32,000 bases of DNA from Bellilinea caldifistulae (GTDB lineage Bacteria > Chloroflexota > Anaerolineae > Anaerolineales > Anaerolineaceae). The notes beneath the pieces are model-generated. The model was given only the letters and a program-made list of their open reading frames with translations, was not told where the DNA came from and did not search any database. Each line of letters opens with the position of its first letter. Position 1 is the first letter of the stretch. The DNA lies in NCBI RefSeq assembly GCF_001306055.1, contig NZ_LGHJ01000016.1:1-32000 (forward strand), given 5' to 3'. This document shows, piece by piece, positions 1 to 7,567 of this stretch. The position numbers and the translations under genes are program-made.

Positions 1-40
1 ATGATCCTTTGCCGGTTTCTTCGAAACGCTGCTTTTCCAT
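1..40 (-). CDS. 5' end (13 codons, MEKQRFEETGKGS...) of an unidentified gene running off the left edge
   Basis: ATG at 40-38 on the minus strand, preceded by GGAG (50-53) at 9-nt spacing and by a near-consensus promoter. Too short to identify or to appear in the ORF track. Confidence 0.3.
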   Translation of the reverse strand, partial: MEKQRFEETGKGS

Positions 41-69
41 CCCGCTGATCTCCAAAGTGGTTTGGTTCG

Positions 70-99
70 ATTGTATTAAGGTTTTCCCCTTTTCGTCAA
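70..99 (-). promoter_or_regulatory. sigma70-type promoter for the leftward gene
   Basis: Read on the minus strand: -35 TTGACG (99-94), 18-nt spacer, -10 TACAAT (75-70). Confidence 0.4.
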
Positions 100-141
100 T
101 CCCAGTTGTTTGTTTTTCAACAATCTCAAGGGGTATAAAGG

Positions 142-169
142 TTGACAAATTGGCAAATCAAGATAAAAT
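142..169 (+). promoter_or_regulatory. sigma70-type promoter for tRNA-Leu
   Basis: -35 TTGACA (142-147), 16-nt spacer, -10 TAAAAT (164-169). The tRNA 5' end lies about 15 nt downstream. Confidence 0.5.
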
Positions 170-183
170 ACCATACGAACAAC

Positions 184-268
<85 letters not shown>

Positions 269-273
269 CTAAA

Positions 274-301
274 ACCCCGCGAAAGGCGGGGTTTAATTTT
301 T
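274..301 (+). terminator. Rho-independent terminator after tRNA-Leu
   Basis: Stem CCCCGC (275-280), loop GAAAG, stem GCGGGG (286-291), followed by TTTAATTTTT. Confidence 0.7.
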
Positions 302-316
302 CAAAGCAAATTGCAC

Positions 317-345
317 TTGTCCGATGGATGAGATTATTGTAAGAT
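317..345 (+). promoter_or_regulatory. candidate promoter placing the transcription start at or next to the ATG of the following gene
   Basis: -35 TTGTCC (317-322), 17-nt spacer, -10 TAAGAT (340-345). The ATG at 352 is 7 nt downstream of the -10. Confidence 0.3.
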
Positions 346-351
346 AGAGGC

Positions 352-726
352 ATGAGCAGACTTTTCACCCACTGGAAGCAATGGCTTGTTTTACTGGCAT
401 TTGTAGTCTTGTTTTTCCTACTGATGGATTTGAATAACCGGTTGGGAGATTTAAGCCGTTTGAATAACCAGCTGGCTAAAATTGAAACCCAGGTAGCTGG
501 TCTCAAAGCAACCGAATCGGCACTCAGCACACAAATCATATACTCCACCTCAGAAGCAGCGGTAAACGAATACGCCCGCAATCACGGGTTAATTCGAGAA
601 GGTGAAAAGTTGATTGTTCCCTTGGGGGAAGGTACTCCTCAAAGTCAGGTGAACATCCAACCCGAAGTAACTCCTTCGCCAGTACGCAATGTAGAGGTGT
701 GGTGGGCGTTGTTTTTTGGTGAGTGA
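352..726 (+). CDS. septum formation initiator family protein (FtsB/DivIC-like)
   Basis: 124 aa with one N-terminal TM helix (WLVLLAFVVLFFLL), a coiled-coil (LSRLNNQLAKIETQVAGLKATESAL) and the typical distal segment AAVNEYARNHGLIREGEKLIVP. Confidence 0.7.
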   Translation: MSRLFTHWKQWLVLLAFVVLFFLLMDLNNRLGDLSRLNNQLAKIETQVAGLKATESALSTQIIYSTSEAAVNEYARNHGLIREGEKLIVPLGEGTPQSQVNIQPEVTPSPVRNVEVWWALFFGE

Positions 727-799
727 GTAGTCTCTCTGGCTGCATGCGGTCATCATCCTTGATCCTGGATGAGGGGTGCATTTTTGATGCCAGCCAGGG

Positions 800-3700
800 T
801 TATCCGTTTGCGCCTTTTTGATCTTCTTCTGACAAGATGCGATGTAGTACGACTAATGTCAGATCGTCTGATGGCGGGGTTCCTTCCCGAAAATCGCTCA
901 ATTGTTGTCGAACAAAATCGAGAAAGTCGGCCGGGCTGGTTTTAGGTGCTTTTTCAATTGTCGTCCGTAAACGCTGCTCTCCAAAAGTTTCCCCGTTAGG
1001 CGAAAAACTTTCTGTTACGCCATCGGTATAGAAAATCAGCCAGTCACCCGCGCCAATGGTGAGAGCATGATCGCTTAATTTGTTGGAGGAATAAACTCCC
1101 AACGCCATTCCCCCTTTGGGGAAGAGTTCCACTGAACCGTTTTGGTGGCGTAATATGAAAGGTAGGTTATGACCAGCGTTAGCGTAGCGCAGGGTGCCAT
1201 CCTCAGCATTGAGAATGACATAAACTGCGGTCACGAACATGGTATTTTGGGGTTCAAAAGTTAATGCCCGATTGACTCGTTCCAGCACTCGGGCAGGAGA
1301 TTCGGCATTTTGTGAAAAAGCGCGGATAAGGGTTTTTGTCACGGTCATGTAAAGGGCGGCTGGCATGCCCTTGTCTGAAACATCTGCGATTACCACGCCA
1401 AAACGGTCGCCTTTAATGCGAAACACATCGTAAAAATCTCCCCCCACCTCGCGAGCAGTCTGCCAGTGAATATCCACTTCCCAGCCGGGGATCTTCGGCA
1501 GACGATTGGGCAGAAATGTTTTTTGAATTTGGCGGGCAAGTTGAATTTCCCGTTCGAGCCGTTCGCGCTGAATCATCTCGCGGTTCAAGCGGTCGTTTTG
1601 GATTGCCAGAGAAACCTGTTGGGCAATCCCTGAGAGAATTTCTAATCGCCGGTCGTGGAAAGAAAGCGGCACATTTGACTCACTGGCAACCAGCACACCG
1701 TAAAACTCCCCTTTTACCGAAAGCGGTACCCCGAGGATCCATTGATCCTGCGGATCGTACTGCCGTTCGATTTCTTCCGCTGGCAGCAGGCAATCGAGGG
1801 TTTGCCAGTTTTGGATGGAAAAGTCTTTCTTTGTCGTCTTACAGGCAATTAGTTGTTCGCTTTCCAAGACAGCATCCAATAAGGGAAACTCGCCCAGCCG
1901 GTAGGTTTCCCCTTCCATCATCATTTCCTCCCGTTGAGAACCGGTAAACACTTTGGCAGTTCGAAACAGTTCCAGGTGCTCTTCCCACAAGTAAATGACA
2001 CAGGCGTCAATTCCTACCAAAATGGGCATCAAATGAACGATGGTATCCAGAATATCTTCGAGATTGTTCTGGCTGACCACCGCTTGAGCCACCTGCAGCA
2101 TGACTGCTGTCACGTAGGCTTCTTCCTGTCGGGCTTCGATCAGCATCAGATTTTCCATTGCCAGAGCAGTCTGCCGGGCAATTCCCTGCAGAAGATCCAG
2201 GGTCTGTTGATCGAAAATCCGGTTTGAATGTAAATTGTTTTCCGGTGTGTGGGCGACTAAAAAAGCACCCAGCAATCGTCCTCGTGAAATCATCGGTAAA
2301 ATTACCAGCGTGCCGCTTTCTTCATCCAGACCGGCCTCGGCAAGGTGTAATTCTTCAGAAACATCCTGAATAAATATGGTCTCGCGGGTTTCAACAAGCC
2401 GCTGCACCAACGGAATAGATAAGTCAAAAGTTAGCGGCAGGGAGTTATCGGTGAGGTTCAGACCGTGTTCAGATTGCAAGATAAAAATCTGACGATTTTC
2501 GTCCCAGACAAAAAAGGCGCATTTTCTGACCCCTACCAGCATCGGTGTCAGCCTGGCCATCGTATCCAGCAGCTCTTCGACGGTCTGAGTTCCCTGAGTG
2601 GCCTCGGCAATTTGAAGGAGGATGGTCGAAATCCAGGCCTGTTCTTGAGAAGCCATGAACAGACGATTGTTTTGAATGGCAACGGCAGCGTGGTTTGCAA
2701 ACGTCATTGTGATCAGACGGGCTTCGCTGCCATACCGCCCGGGCAGGTGGTGGGCGAGGGTTAGCAGTCCGAGTGGTTCATCGCCAGCTCGCAATGGAGC
2801 CGCAAGAGAGGAATAATCCGGCGGGAAGCCGAGCGCTTCGCCGAGTGGTCCAATCGGATCGGTTGGCTGGCGGATCAACGGCGAGGTGGCGTTTAATGCT
2901 TCCAGCAAATATTGATGGGCATTCGGATTGGTCTGGATCACTTCCCATACTTTTTCTGCCGGAGCGCCATGAACCGCTGCCAGCATCAGGCTGGGAGTTG
3001 CGTTCATTTCTGTGCCGGGCTGAACCAACCAGATAGCCGTTGCGTCACAAGGTAAACTTCGGTCAACCTCGTTGAGGATCCTTTCCAACAGGTCTGGTAA
3101 GGCAACATTTGCAGAAACCAGTCCGGCAATTTCCCGGAATGAGTCCGCGACCTGACGTCGCCATACTTCTGAGCGGTATAAGCGGGCATTGCGTATGGCA
3201 ATGGCAATCGTAGATCCGAGTGACTCAAGGAGTGGTATGTCCCGAAAATCGAAACTGTTGACCTGATCGGACTGTAAATCCAAAACACCGAGGATTTCAC
3301 CGGCATACGCCAGGGGAATAGCCAATTCGGCGCGAGTATCGGCGGGGGGCAGGTCGGAGGGGCGGTAGAGTGGTTCCTGACTTACATCGTTGGCAAGCAA
3401 GGTTTTGCCGGTGCGTGCTACCCAAGGGATAATTCCGTGCGGGTCATCCCAGTCATAGGCAACCTGCTTTTCTTCCAGGGCGTGACTGCGGGCACCGCTA
3501 CCAGCTTCGTAAATTAATTTCCGCCTTCCAGGGTGTAAAATAAAAATGTGAACGTAGGGGTATCCAAAATGCTGTTGTATGGCTTCAACAACTTCTTCCA
3601 ACAGCTGGTCAAAATCGAGGATCGAGGTAAGTTTATGGGTGATATCCAATAGTGCTGAAATCTGGTGAGTCCGCTTTTCCAAACCGTTGATTAACTGCAT

Positions 3701-4660
3701 ACCTTCCAGCGCAAAAGCCAGATAATCTGCCAGGGCGTGCAGCACGACCAGATCTACATCGTGGAAAGCGTCCTTCTGATCGGTTTGTAAATCCAAAACA
3801 CCCAAAATTCGGCCGCCAAATTGGATTGGAATAGCAACTTCAGCTTGAATTGCTTCCCAACCCGGCAGGGAGCGGTAGTAAGGATCACTTTCAACTCGTT
3901 GGGCAATGATTTCTTTGCCGCTTGCGGCAACCTGTCCAATGATGCCTTCACCCAGGCGGATTTGCAAAAGCGGTGGTTGATCAGCTTTTCCTTCGATCTT
4001 TGAAGCGCTGGCACGATGAACCAGAGTTTTCGAAAGCGGATCGAAAGTGTAAATCGAAACCAGAAAGTAATCAAACTTTTCCAGGATTGTGCTGGTTAAA
4101 TGCTGGCAAAATTGATCGAGATCCCGCAGGCGGGTTACTTCGGAGCTGACTTTACGCACCAGGGACAGTTGTTCGAGCCGCCATTTTTTAATGATTGCCT
4201 GACGCAATACCTGCATGGCGAGCGCTGCATGAGCAGCAATTCCCTCCAGATACTCGATTTCTGAGCGAGTGAAAGGCTCTCGGTTAACTCTCCGCACATG
4301 CAAAATTCCCAAGAGGTTGTCCTGGGTAGTCAGAGGCATGGCAATCTGCGGCGTGGATTGTGAATCCTCGGATGAGGATTGTGATGATCCGTTTTGCAGG
4401 ACAGGTTTTCGTTTTTGGTAACATTCCTGCAAAAGGGTGGGTGCATCATCCGACGGTAAAATTTTTGAATAATTATCCCCCGGTAGAGGATACAAAGGTT
4501 TTGCCAGCCATAATTCGGCGCTGGCTGTCAGTCTGCTCTCAATCCAGTGGCAAATCGCTTCACACTGACTCGCCACATTTGTCTGTGATAGCAGCGCTTC
4601 CCCGAAGCGGAGAAATTCCTTCCAATCCGGTTCAATCGTCTGCTTGGGAGCGGGACTCAT
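800..4660 (-). CDS. multi-GAF (about six modules) PP2C/SpoIIE-family serine phosphatase, RsbU-like
   Basis: 1286-aa ORF. Six GAF-like modules each end in a similar helix: AALAMQV, LAFALEG, IAIAIRN, AAVAIQN, TALAMEN, SLAIQND. C-terminal SpoIIE/PP2C motifs are REVGGDFYD, VVIADVSDKG, FYTDGVTES and DDLTLVVL. Its start overlaps the upstream kinase stop (ATGA at 4657-4660). Confidence 0.9.
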   Translation of the reverse strand: MSPAPKQTIEPDWKEFLRFGEALLSQTNVASQCEAICHWIESRLTASAELWLAKPLYPLPGDNYSKILPSDDAPTLLQECYQKRKPVLQNGSSQSSSEDSQSTPQIAMPLTTQDNLLGILHVRRVNREPFTRSEIEYLEGIAAHAALAMQVLRQAIIKKWRLEQLSLVRKVSSEVTRLRDLDQFCQHLTSTILEKFDYFLVSIYTFDPLSKTLVHRASASKIEGKADQPPLLQIRLGEGIIGQVAASGKEIIAQRVESDPYYRSLPGWEAIQAEVAIPIQFGGRILGVLDLQTDQKDAFHDVDLVVLHALADYLAFALEGMQLINGLEKRTHQISALLDITHKLTSILDFDQLLEEVVEAIQQHFGYPYVHIFILHPGRRKLIYEAGSGARSHALEEKQVAYDWDDPHGIIPWVARTGKTLLANDVSQEPLYRPSDLPPADTRAELAIPLAYAGEILGVLDLQSDQVNSFDFRDIPLLESLGSTIAIAIRNARLYRSEVWRRQVADSFREIAGLVSANVALPDLLERILNEVDRSLPCDATAIWLVQPGTEMNATPSLMLAAVHGAPAEKVWEVIQTNPNAHQYLLEALNATSPLIRQPTDPIGPLGEALGFPPDYSSLAAPLRAGDEPLGLLTLAHHLPGRYGSEARLITMTFANHAAVAIQNNRLFMASQEQAWISTILLQIAEATQGTQTVEELLDTMARLTPMLVGVRKCAFFVWDENRQIFILQSEHGLNLTDNSLPLTFDLSIPLVQRLVETRETIFIQDVSEELHLAEAGLDEESGTLVILPMISRGRLLGAFLVAHTPENNLHSNRIFDQQTLDLLQGIARQTALAMENLMLIEARQEEAYVTAVMLQVAQAVVSQNNLEDILDTIVHLMPILVGIDACVIYLWEEHLELFRTAKVFTGSQREEMMMEGETYRLGEFPLLDAVLESEQLIACKTTKKDFSIQNWQTLDCLLPAEEIERQYDPQDQWILGVPLSVKGEFYGVLVASESNVPLSFHDRRLEILSGIAQQVSLAIQNDRLNREMIQRERLEREIQLARQIQKTFLPNRLPKIPGWEVDIHWQTAREVGGDFYDVFRIKGDRFGVVIADVSDKGMPAALYMTVTKTLIRAFSQNAESPARVLERVNRALTFEPQNTMFVTAVYVILNAEDGTLRYANAGHNLPFILRHQNGSVELFPKGGMALGVYSSNKLSDHALTIGAGDWLIFYTDGVTESFSPNGETFGEQRLRTTIEKAPKTSPADFLDFVRQQLSDFREGTPPSDDLTLVVLHRILSEEDQKGANG
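3263..3289. repeat. 27-nt direct repeat, copy 1 (inside GAF module 3 coding region)
   Basis: ctgatcggNNtgtaaatccaaaacacc matches 3776-3802 at 25 of 27 positions. The offset is 513 nt (171 codons). It encodes the ILGVLDLQ(S/T)DQ strand of adjacent GAF modules. Confidence 0.85.
3776..3802. repeat. 27-nt direct repeat, copy 2 (inside GAF module 2 coding region)
   Basis: Partner of 3263-3289 (see that entry). Confidence 0.85.
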
Positions 4661-5076
4661 TTGCTCATCGTGCCTTTGTGCTTAATCAGTGTCAGGATGT
4701 TGTACCCTTCACGATGATCATATTGGACTTCATCCATCCACTGGTGAATAAAATACAATCCTAAACCATGATCTGAACGATTTTTCAGGGGAACATTCGT
4801 TTTAGGTTTTTCAATCTTTTTGGGTTTGAATTTTTTCCCATGATCACGCAAGGTAATGATGAGCGAATCAGCGGTGATCTCGTAAGAGAACTCGATCTCG
4901 CCTCGATCTTCTCCACCATAAGCGTGCTCGATGATGTTTGAGCAGGCTTCGTCAACTGCGGTTTCAACGCCATAGGCAGCACAAGAATCCAGCCCAAATT
5001 CTCGGGTAGCAATTTGAACCAGTTCTGCAATTTTAGCCAGGCTTTCGTATTTGCCTGGGAAAATGAAGGTGGGCAT
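4657..5076 (-). CDS. anti-sigma regulatory factor-type serine protein kinase (RsbW/SpoIIAB-like, HATPase_c_2)
   Basis: Motifs EACSNIIEHAY (N box), RDHGKKF (DxG) and HGLGLYF. The ORF-track start at 5193 would overlap the STAS gene by 98 nt. The internal ATG at 5076 (MPTFIFPG...) leaves a 19-nt gap instead, so it is preferred. Confidence 0.85.
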   Translation of the reverse strand: MPTFIFPGKYESLAKIAELVQIATREFGLDSCAAYGVETAVDEACSNIIEHAYGGEDRGEIEFSYEITADSLIITLRDHGKKFKPKKIEKPKTNVPLKNRSDHGLGLYFIHQWMDEVQYDHREGYNILTLIKHKGTMSK

Positions 5077-5095
5077 TAATCCAGAACCTGTAACC

Positions 5096-5431
5096 TTAGA
5101 AATTTCCCACCGCGGAAACGGTATCGTCAAAAATCTTGAAGAAGGGAGTGAAACCGGCGAGGTCGAGAGCGGAAAGGATATTTGGCTGGACATTTGCCAG
5201 TACTACCTCACCGCGGTTATAACGTTTGCAGGTTTTTTGGGCACCAATCAACACCCGTAATCCGGCACTGGAGATGAAATCCAAATCTTGCAGGTCTAAT
5301 ACAATCCGAAAACGACCTGCGTCCATGATTTCGTTGAGTTTCTCGGCGAGACGCGGAGCGGTTGCGCTGTCCACGCGACCGGATACTTTCACCACATCAC
5401 AGCGTTTAAATTCTGTGTGATTAATTTCCAT
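5096..5431 (-). CDS. STAS-domain anti-sigma-factor antagonist (RsbV/SpoIIAA-like)
   Basis: 111 aa with the DLQDLDFISSAGLRVLI motif, which contains the conserved phosphorylatable serine. GGAGG (5438-5442) lies 6 nt upstream of the ATG. Confidence 0.9.
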   Translation of the reverse strand: MEINHTEFKRCDVVKVSGRVDSATAPRLAEKLNEIMDAGRFRIVLDLQDLDFISSAGLRVLIGAQKTCKRYNRGEVVLANVQPNILSALDLAGFTPFFKIFDDTVSAVGNF

Positions 5432-5472
5432 GGATTTCCTCCAGTTGGTTAAGATGGGCGGTTGTTCAATAA

Positions 5473-5481
5473 ATTATATCA
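5473..5481 (-). promoter_or_regulatory. extended -10 promoter element for the STAS-kinase-phosphatase operon
   Basis: Minus strand reads TGATATAAT (TGn plus a perfect TATAAT). It sits about 40 nt upstream of the STAS start codon. The -35 is poor. Confidence 0.35.
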
Positions 5482-5625
5482 TGAGCAATCCTTTATCAGT
5501 GCTTGACAAAATCAAGGCTATCCCGATTCTGGTTTTTTAGTGTAGAATACTTCTCGTAAACCTGTAAGTCCCATCCCACTTTCACCGGAGAAAATGATTC
5601 ACCCCGGAAATGGAGCAGGAAAATC

Positions 5626-6363
5626 ATGAGTGGAAAAAATTCGCCTCAAAGCGTGATCGATTCCTATCGCAAACGCCAGCAGATGATGCCATATATCACA
5701 TGGGGTCTGGCAGGATTGCTGGTTTTGATGGGAATCATCCTGATCTTTTTATGGGTCAGTGGAGGAAACCGGCCGCAAATTGCCTTGTTTTCTTCTCCTA
5801 CACCGACTGCCACTTCAACGTTGACCCCAAGCCCGGTGCCACCGACTGCTACTGTGACATTGACCCCCACTGAAACCGAAACTCCGACCCCAACGCTCAC
5901 CTTCACACCCTCAGGGCCATTTGAATACACCGTTCAAAGCGGGGATACCTGTTTCGATTTAGCAGTCAAATATGAAGTGGATTTGCTGGTGCTGCTGGCG
6001 TTGAATAATTTTCCCGCCGGACAATGCCCCATTCGCGAAGGGGATAAAATTCTGATCCCCGCTCCCAATCAACAATTGCCCACTGAAACCCCGCTGCCGA
6101 CCGGCCTACCGCGTGGTACACGGATCGAGTACGTGGTCAAAACCGGAGATACATTGGATTACATTGCCTCGATCTTCAACTCCACGGTTGATGACATCAT
6201 GCTGCAAAATAAAATTACCGATAAAAATTTGATCTCTGCCGGACAAGTCTTAATTGTGCGGGTCAATCTGGTTACGCCGACTCCCACCCGTCCACCAACG
6301 TTAACCCCAACCACGGGGGATCAACAACCGACCACGACCCCTTCGCCGACCAGCAGTTCCTGA
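5626..6363 (+). CDS. membrane-anchored protein with two LysM peptidoglycan-binding domains and Thr/Pro-rich linkers
   Basis: Signal-anchor helix WGLAGLLVLMGIILIFLWV. LysM 1 is YTVQSGDTCFDLAVKYEVDLLVLLALN...GDKILIP. LysM 2 is YVVKTGDTLDYIASIFNSTVDDIMLQN...AGQVLIV. TP-rich spacers separate the domains. Confidence 0.85.
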   Translation: MSGKNSPQSVIDSYRKRQQMMPYITWGLAGLLVLMGIILIFLWVSGGNRPQIALFSSPTPTATSTLTPSPVPPTATVTLTPTETETPTPTLTFTPSGPFEYTVQSGDTCFDLAVKYEVDLLVLLALNNFPAGQCPIREGDKILIPAPNQQLPTETPLPTGLPRGTRIEYVVKTGDTLDYIASIFNSTVDDIMLQNKITDKNLISAGQVLIVRVNLVTPTPTRPPTLTPTTGDQQPTTTPSPTSSS

Positions 6364-6392
6364 CAAATATTTTTGATTTCGAACAAGAAAAA

Positions 6393-6430
6393 AAGGGGCT
6401 TTCACGGTTAGGAAAGCCCCTTGCTTCTTT
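6393..6430 (+). terminator. Rho-independent terminator after the LysM gene
   Basis: 11-bp stem AAGGGGCTTTC (6393-6403) / GAAAGCCCCTT (6412-6422), 8-nt loop, then a T-rich tail GCTTCTTT. Confidence 0.7.
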
Positions 6431-6443
6431 CCGGATCATAATA

Positions 6444-6452
6444 TGGTATAAA
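6444..6452 (+). promoter_or_regulatory. candidate extended -10 promoter for the permease operon
   Basis: TGgTATAAA at 6444-6452. The -35 is weak. Position is about 20 nt upstream of the TTG start at 6473. Confidence 0.3.
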
Positions 6453-6472
6453 TTCTTCGTAATTCAGGTTAT

Positions 6473-7567
6473 TTGGAGTTAGAAATCCTCGAAATGTTCA
6501 AACAAACTCCTGCTGTCAGTTCGGGTTGGGGGGAGCGGATTACGGCACATTTACCGGTGGTCATTTTAGCCGGTGTGTTAGCGCTGGCGGGAATTGCCCG
6601 GTTACAGCAGATTTTCAACTGGCAAATTGAATGGCTGCTTGTACTAAGCGATGGTATGAGCAATTTCTCCGCAGTATTTCTGGGTATCTTTATTGAGGCG
6701 GCTCCATATCTCTTGTTGGGAACACTGGCATCTGGTCTGGTGGAAGTGTTCTTTAGCCCTGAAGAACTGGTTCGTTTGGTGCCGCGCAGCCGCTTCCTTG
6801 CAGTTGGGCTGGGTGGATTGCTCGGTTTATTCTTCCCGGTATGTGAATGCGGGAGTATACCGCTGGCACGCCGTTTGATGAGAAAGGGAGTTCCGGTTCC
6901 GGTTGGGATTGCCTTTCTACTGGCAGCCCCGGTCATCAACCCGATTGTCATAGCCAGTACTTTTGCGGCGTTTGGGAATACGCCCATTTTTTGGCTTCGA
7001 TTTGCACTTACTCTGCTGATTGCAGTTGGGGTTGGTCTGTTGTTCCTGTTTGAAACAGATATGAGCCAAATCATCCGGCCGATGAATGCAGACCTTGCTC
7101 CATCTTTTCATCTCGATTTTGGTCACGACCATCATCCCAATGAACAATCTCCCTCTTTAAAACAAAAATTCAAAAAGGTATTGTTAATTGCCTCGGATGA
7201 GTTTTTTGAAATGGGACGCTTTTTAGTCGTAGGGGCTTTGCTTGCCGCTCTGATGCAGACTTTTGTGCCGCAAACCTGGCTGCTTTCCCTGGGACAAGGC
7301 CCAATTCTTTCAGTGATTGTGCTGACTCTGCTGGCGGTACTGCTTTCGGTTTGCTCCACGGTTGACTCCTTTATTGCGTTGGCTTTCAGCAGCACATTTT
7401 CTACGGGTGCGGTTCTGGCTTTTCTGGTATACGGCCCCATGGTGGATATCAAAGCAACGCTGATGTACTTGCGGGTGTTTAGAAGGAAAACTGTTGTGAT
7501 CCTGATCGTCTTACCATGGCTGTTAACCCTGGTTGCCAGCGCAGCGATTAATTTGTGGGTGAGGTGA
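6473..7567 (+). CDS. predicted permease of the COG0701/PF03773 type (usual partner of TIGR03943 proteins)
   Basis: Polytopic membrane protein with the family-typical FFPVCECGSIPLARRL motif. It has a central His-rich loop HLDFGHDHH (7109-7135). The start could be TTG 6473 or ATG 6494. Confidence 0.8.
   Translation: MELEILEMFKQTPAVSSGWGERITAHLPVVILAGVLALAGIARLQQIFNWQIEWLLVLSDGMSNFSAVFLGIFIEAAPYLLLGTLASGLVEVFFSPEELVRLVPRSRFLAVGLGGLLGLFFPVCECGSIPLARRLMRKGVPVPVGIAFLLAAPVINPIVIASTFAAFGNTPIFWLRFALTLLIAVGVGLLFLFETDMSQIIRPMNADLAPSFHLDFGHDHHPNEQSPSLKQKFKKVLLIASDEFFEMGRFLVVGALLAALMQTFVPQTWLLSLGQGPILSVIVLTLLAVLLSVCSTVDSFIALAFSSTFSTGAVLAFLVYGPMVDIKATLMYLRVFRRKTVVILIVLPWLLTLVASAAINLWVR

Noticed and set aside
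727-799. Bidirectional terminator between the convergent FtsB-like and phosphatase genes
   Set aside because: The only structure is a 6-bp stem (TCATCC...GGATGA, 753-772) with the T-run 9 nt away. This is too weak to call.
1516-4074. Several 60-143-aa ORFs in other frames or antisense within the multi-GAF phosphatase gene (for example 1516-1947, 2465-2764, 3004-3306, 3754-4074)
   Set aside because: All are nested in a 3.9-kb ORF with clear domain motifs. Their translations are Arg/Pro/Gly-rich or repeat the antisense of the GAF repeat (FWIY.PIR), so they are frame artefacts.
5077-5193. N-terminal extensions proposed by the ORF track: kinase 5077-5193, DUF1015 20245-20295, ffh 21357-21431, nucleotidyltransferase 25131-25184, membrane protein 28750-28806, lipoprotein 11578-11595
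   Set aside because: Each extension overlaps an upstream gene, a terminator hairpin or a predicted promoter. Each also lacks a ribosome-binding site, whereas an internal start with a GGAG-type site gives the canonical family N terminus.
5503-5548. TTGACA (5503-5508) and TAGAAT (5543-5548) upstream of the LysM gene as a promoter pair
   Set aside because: The two hexamers are 34 nt apart, far outside the 16-19-nt window. Neither has a properly spaced partner. I could not assign a confident promoter for the LysM gene.
5432-5625. Possible c-di-AMP (ydaO-type) or other riboswitch upstream of the LysM cell-wall gene
   Set aside because: That riboswitch class often precedes LysM or cell-wall hydrolase genes, so I looked for it. 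The leader is short, lacks the conserved GGGGACCCA-like and pseudo-symmetric elements, and shows only 4-bp stems.
6437-6445. Palindrome CATAATATG overlapping the permease promoter as a Zur/Fur-type operator
   Set aside because: It is only 9 nt long, AT-rich and does not extend. It is well below the length of known metalloregulator boxes and is expected by chance.
6469-7074. 201-aa ORF antisense to the permease gene
   Set aside because: Its Arg/Ser/Pro/Thr/Lys-rich low-complexity translation is typical of the reverse frame of a hydrophobic membrane-protein gene. It has no start context, and the sense-strand gene carries family motifs.
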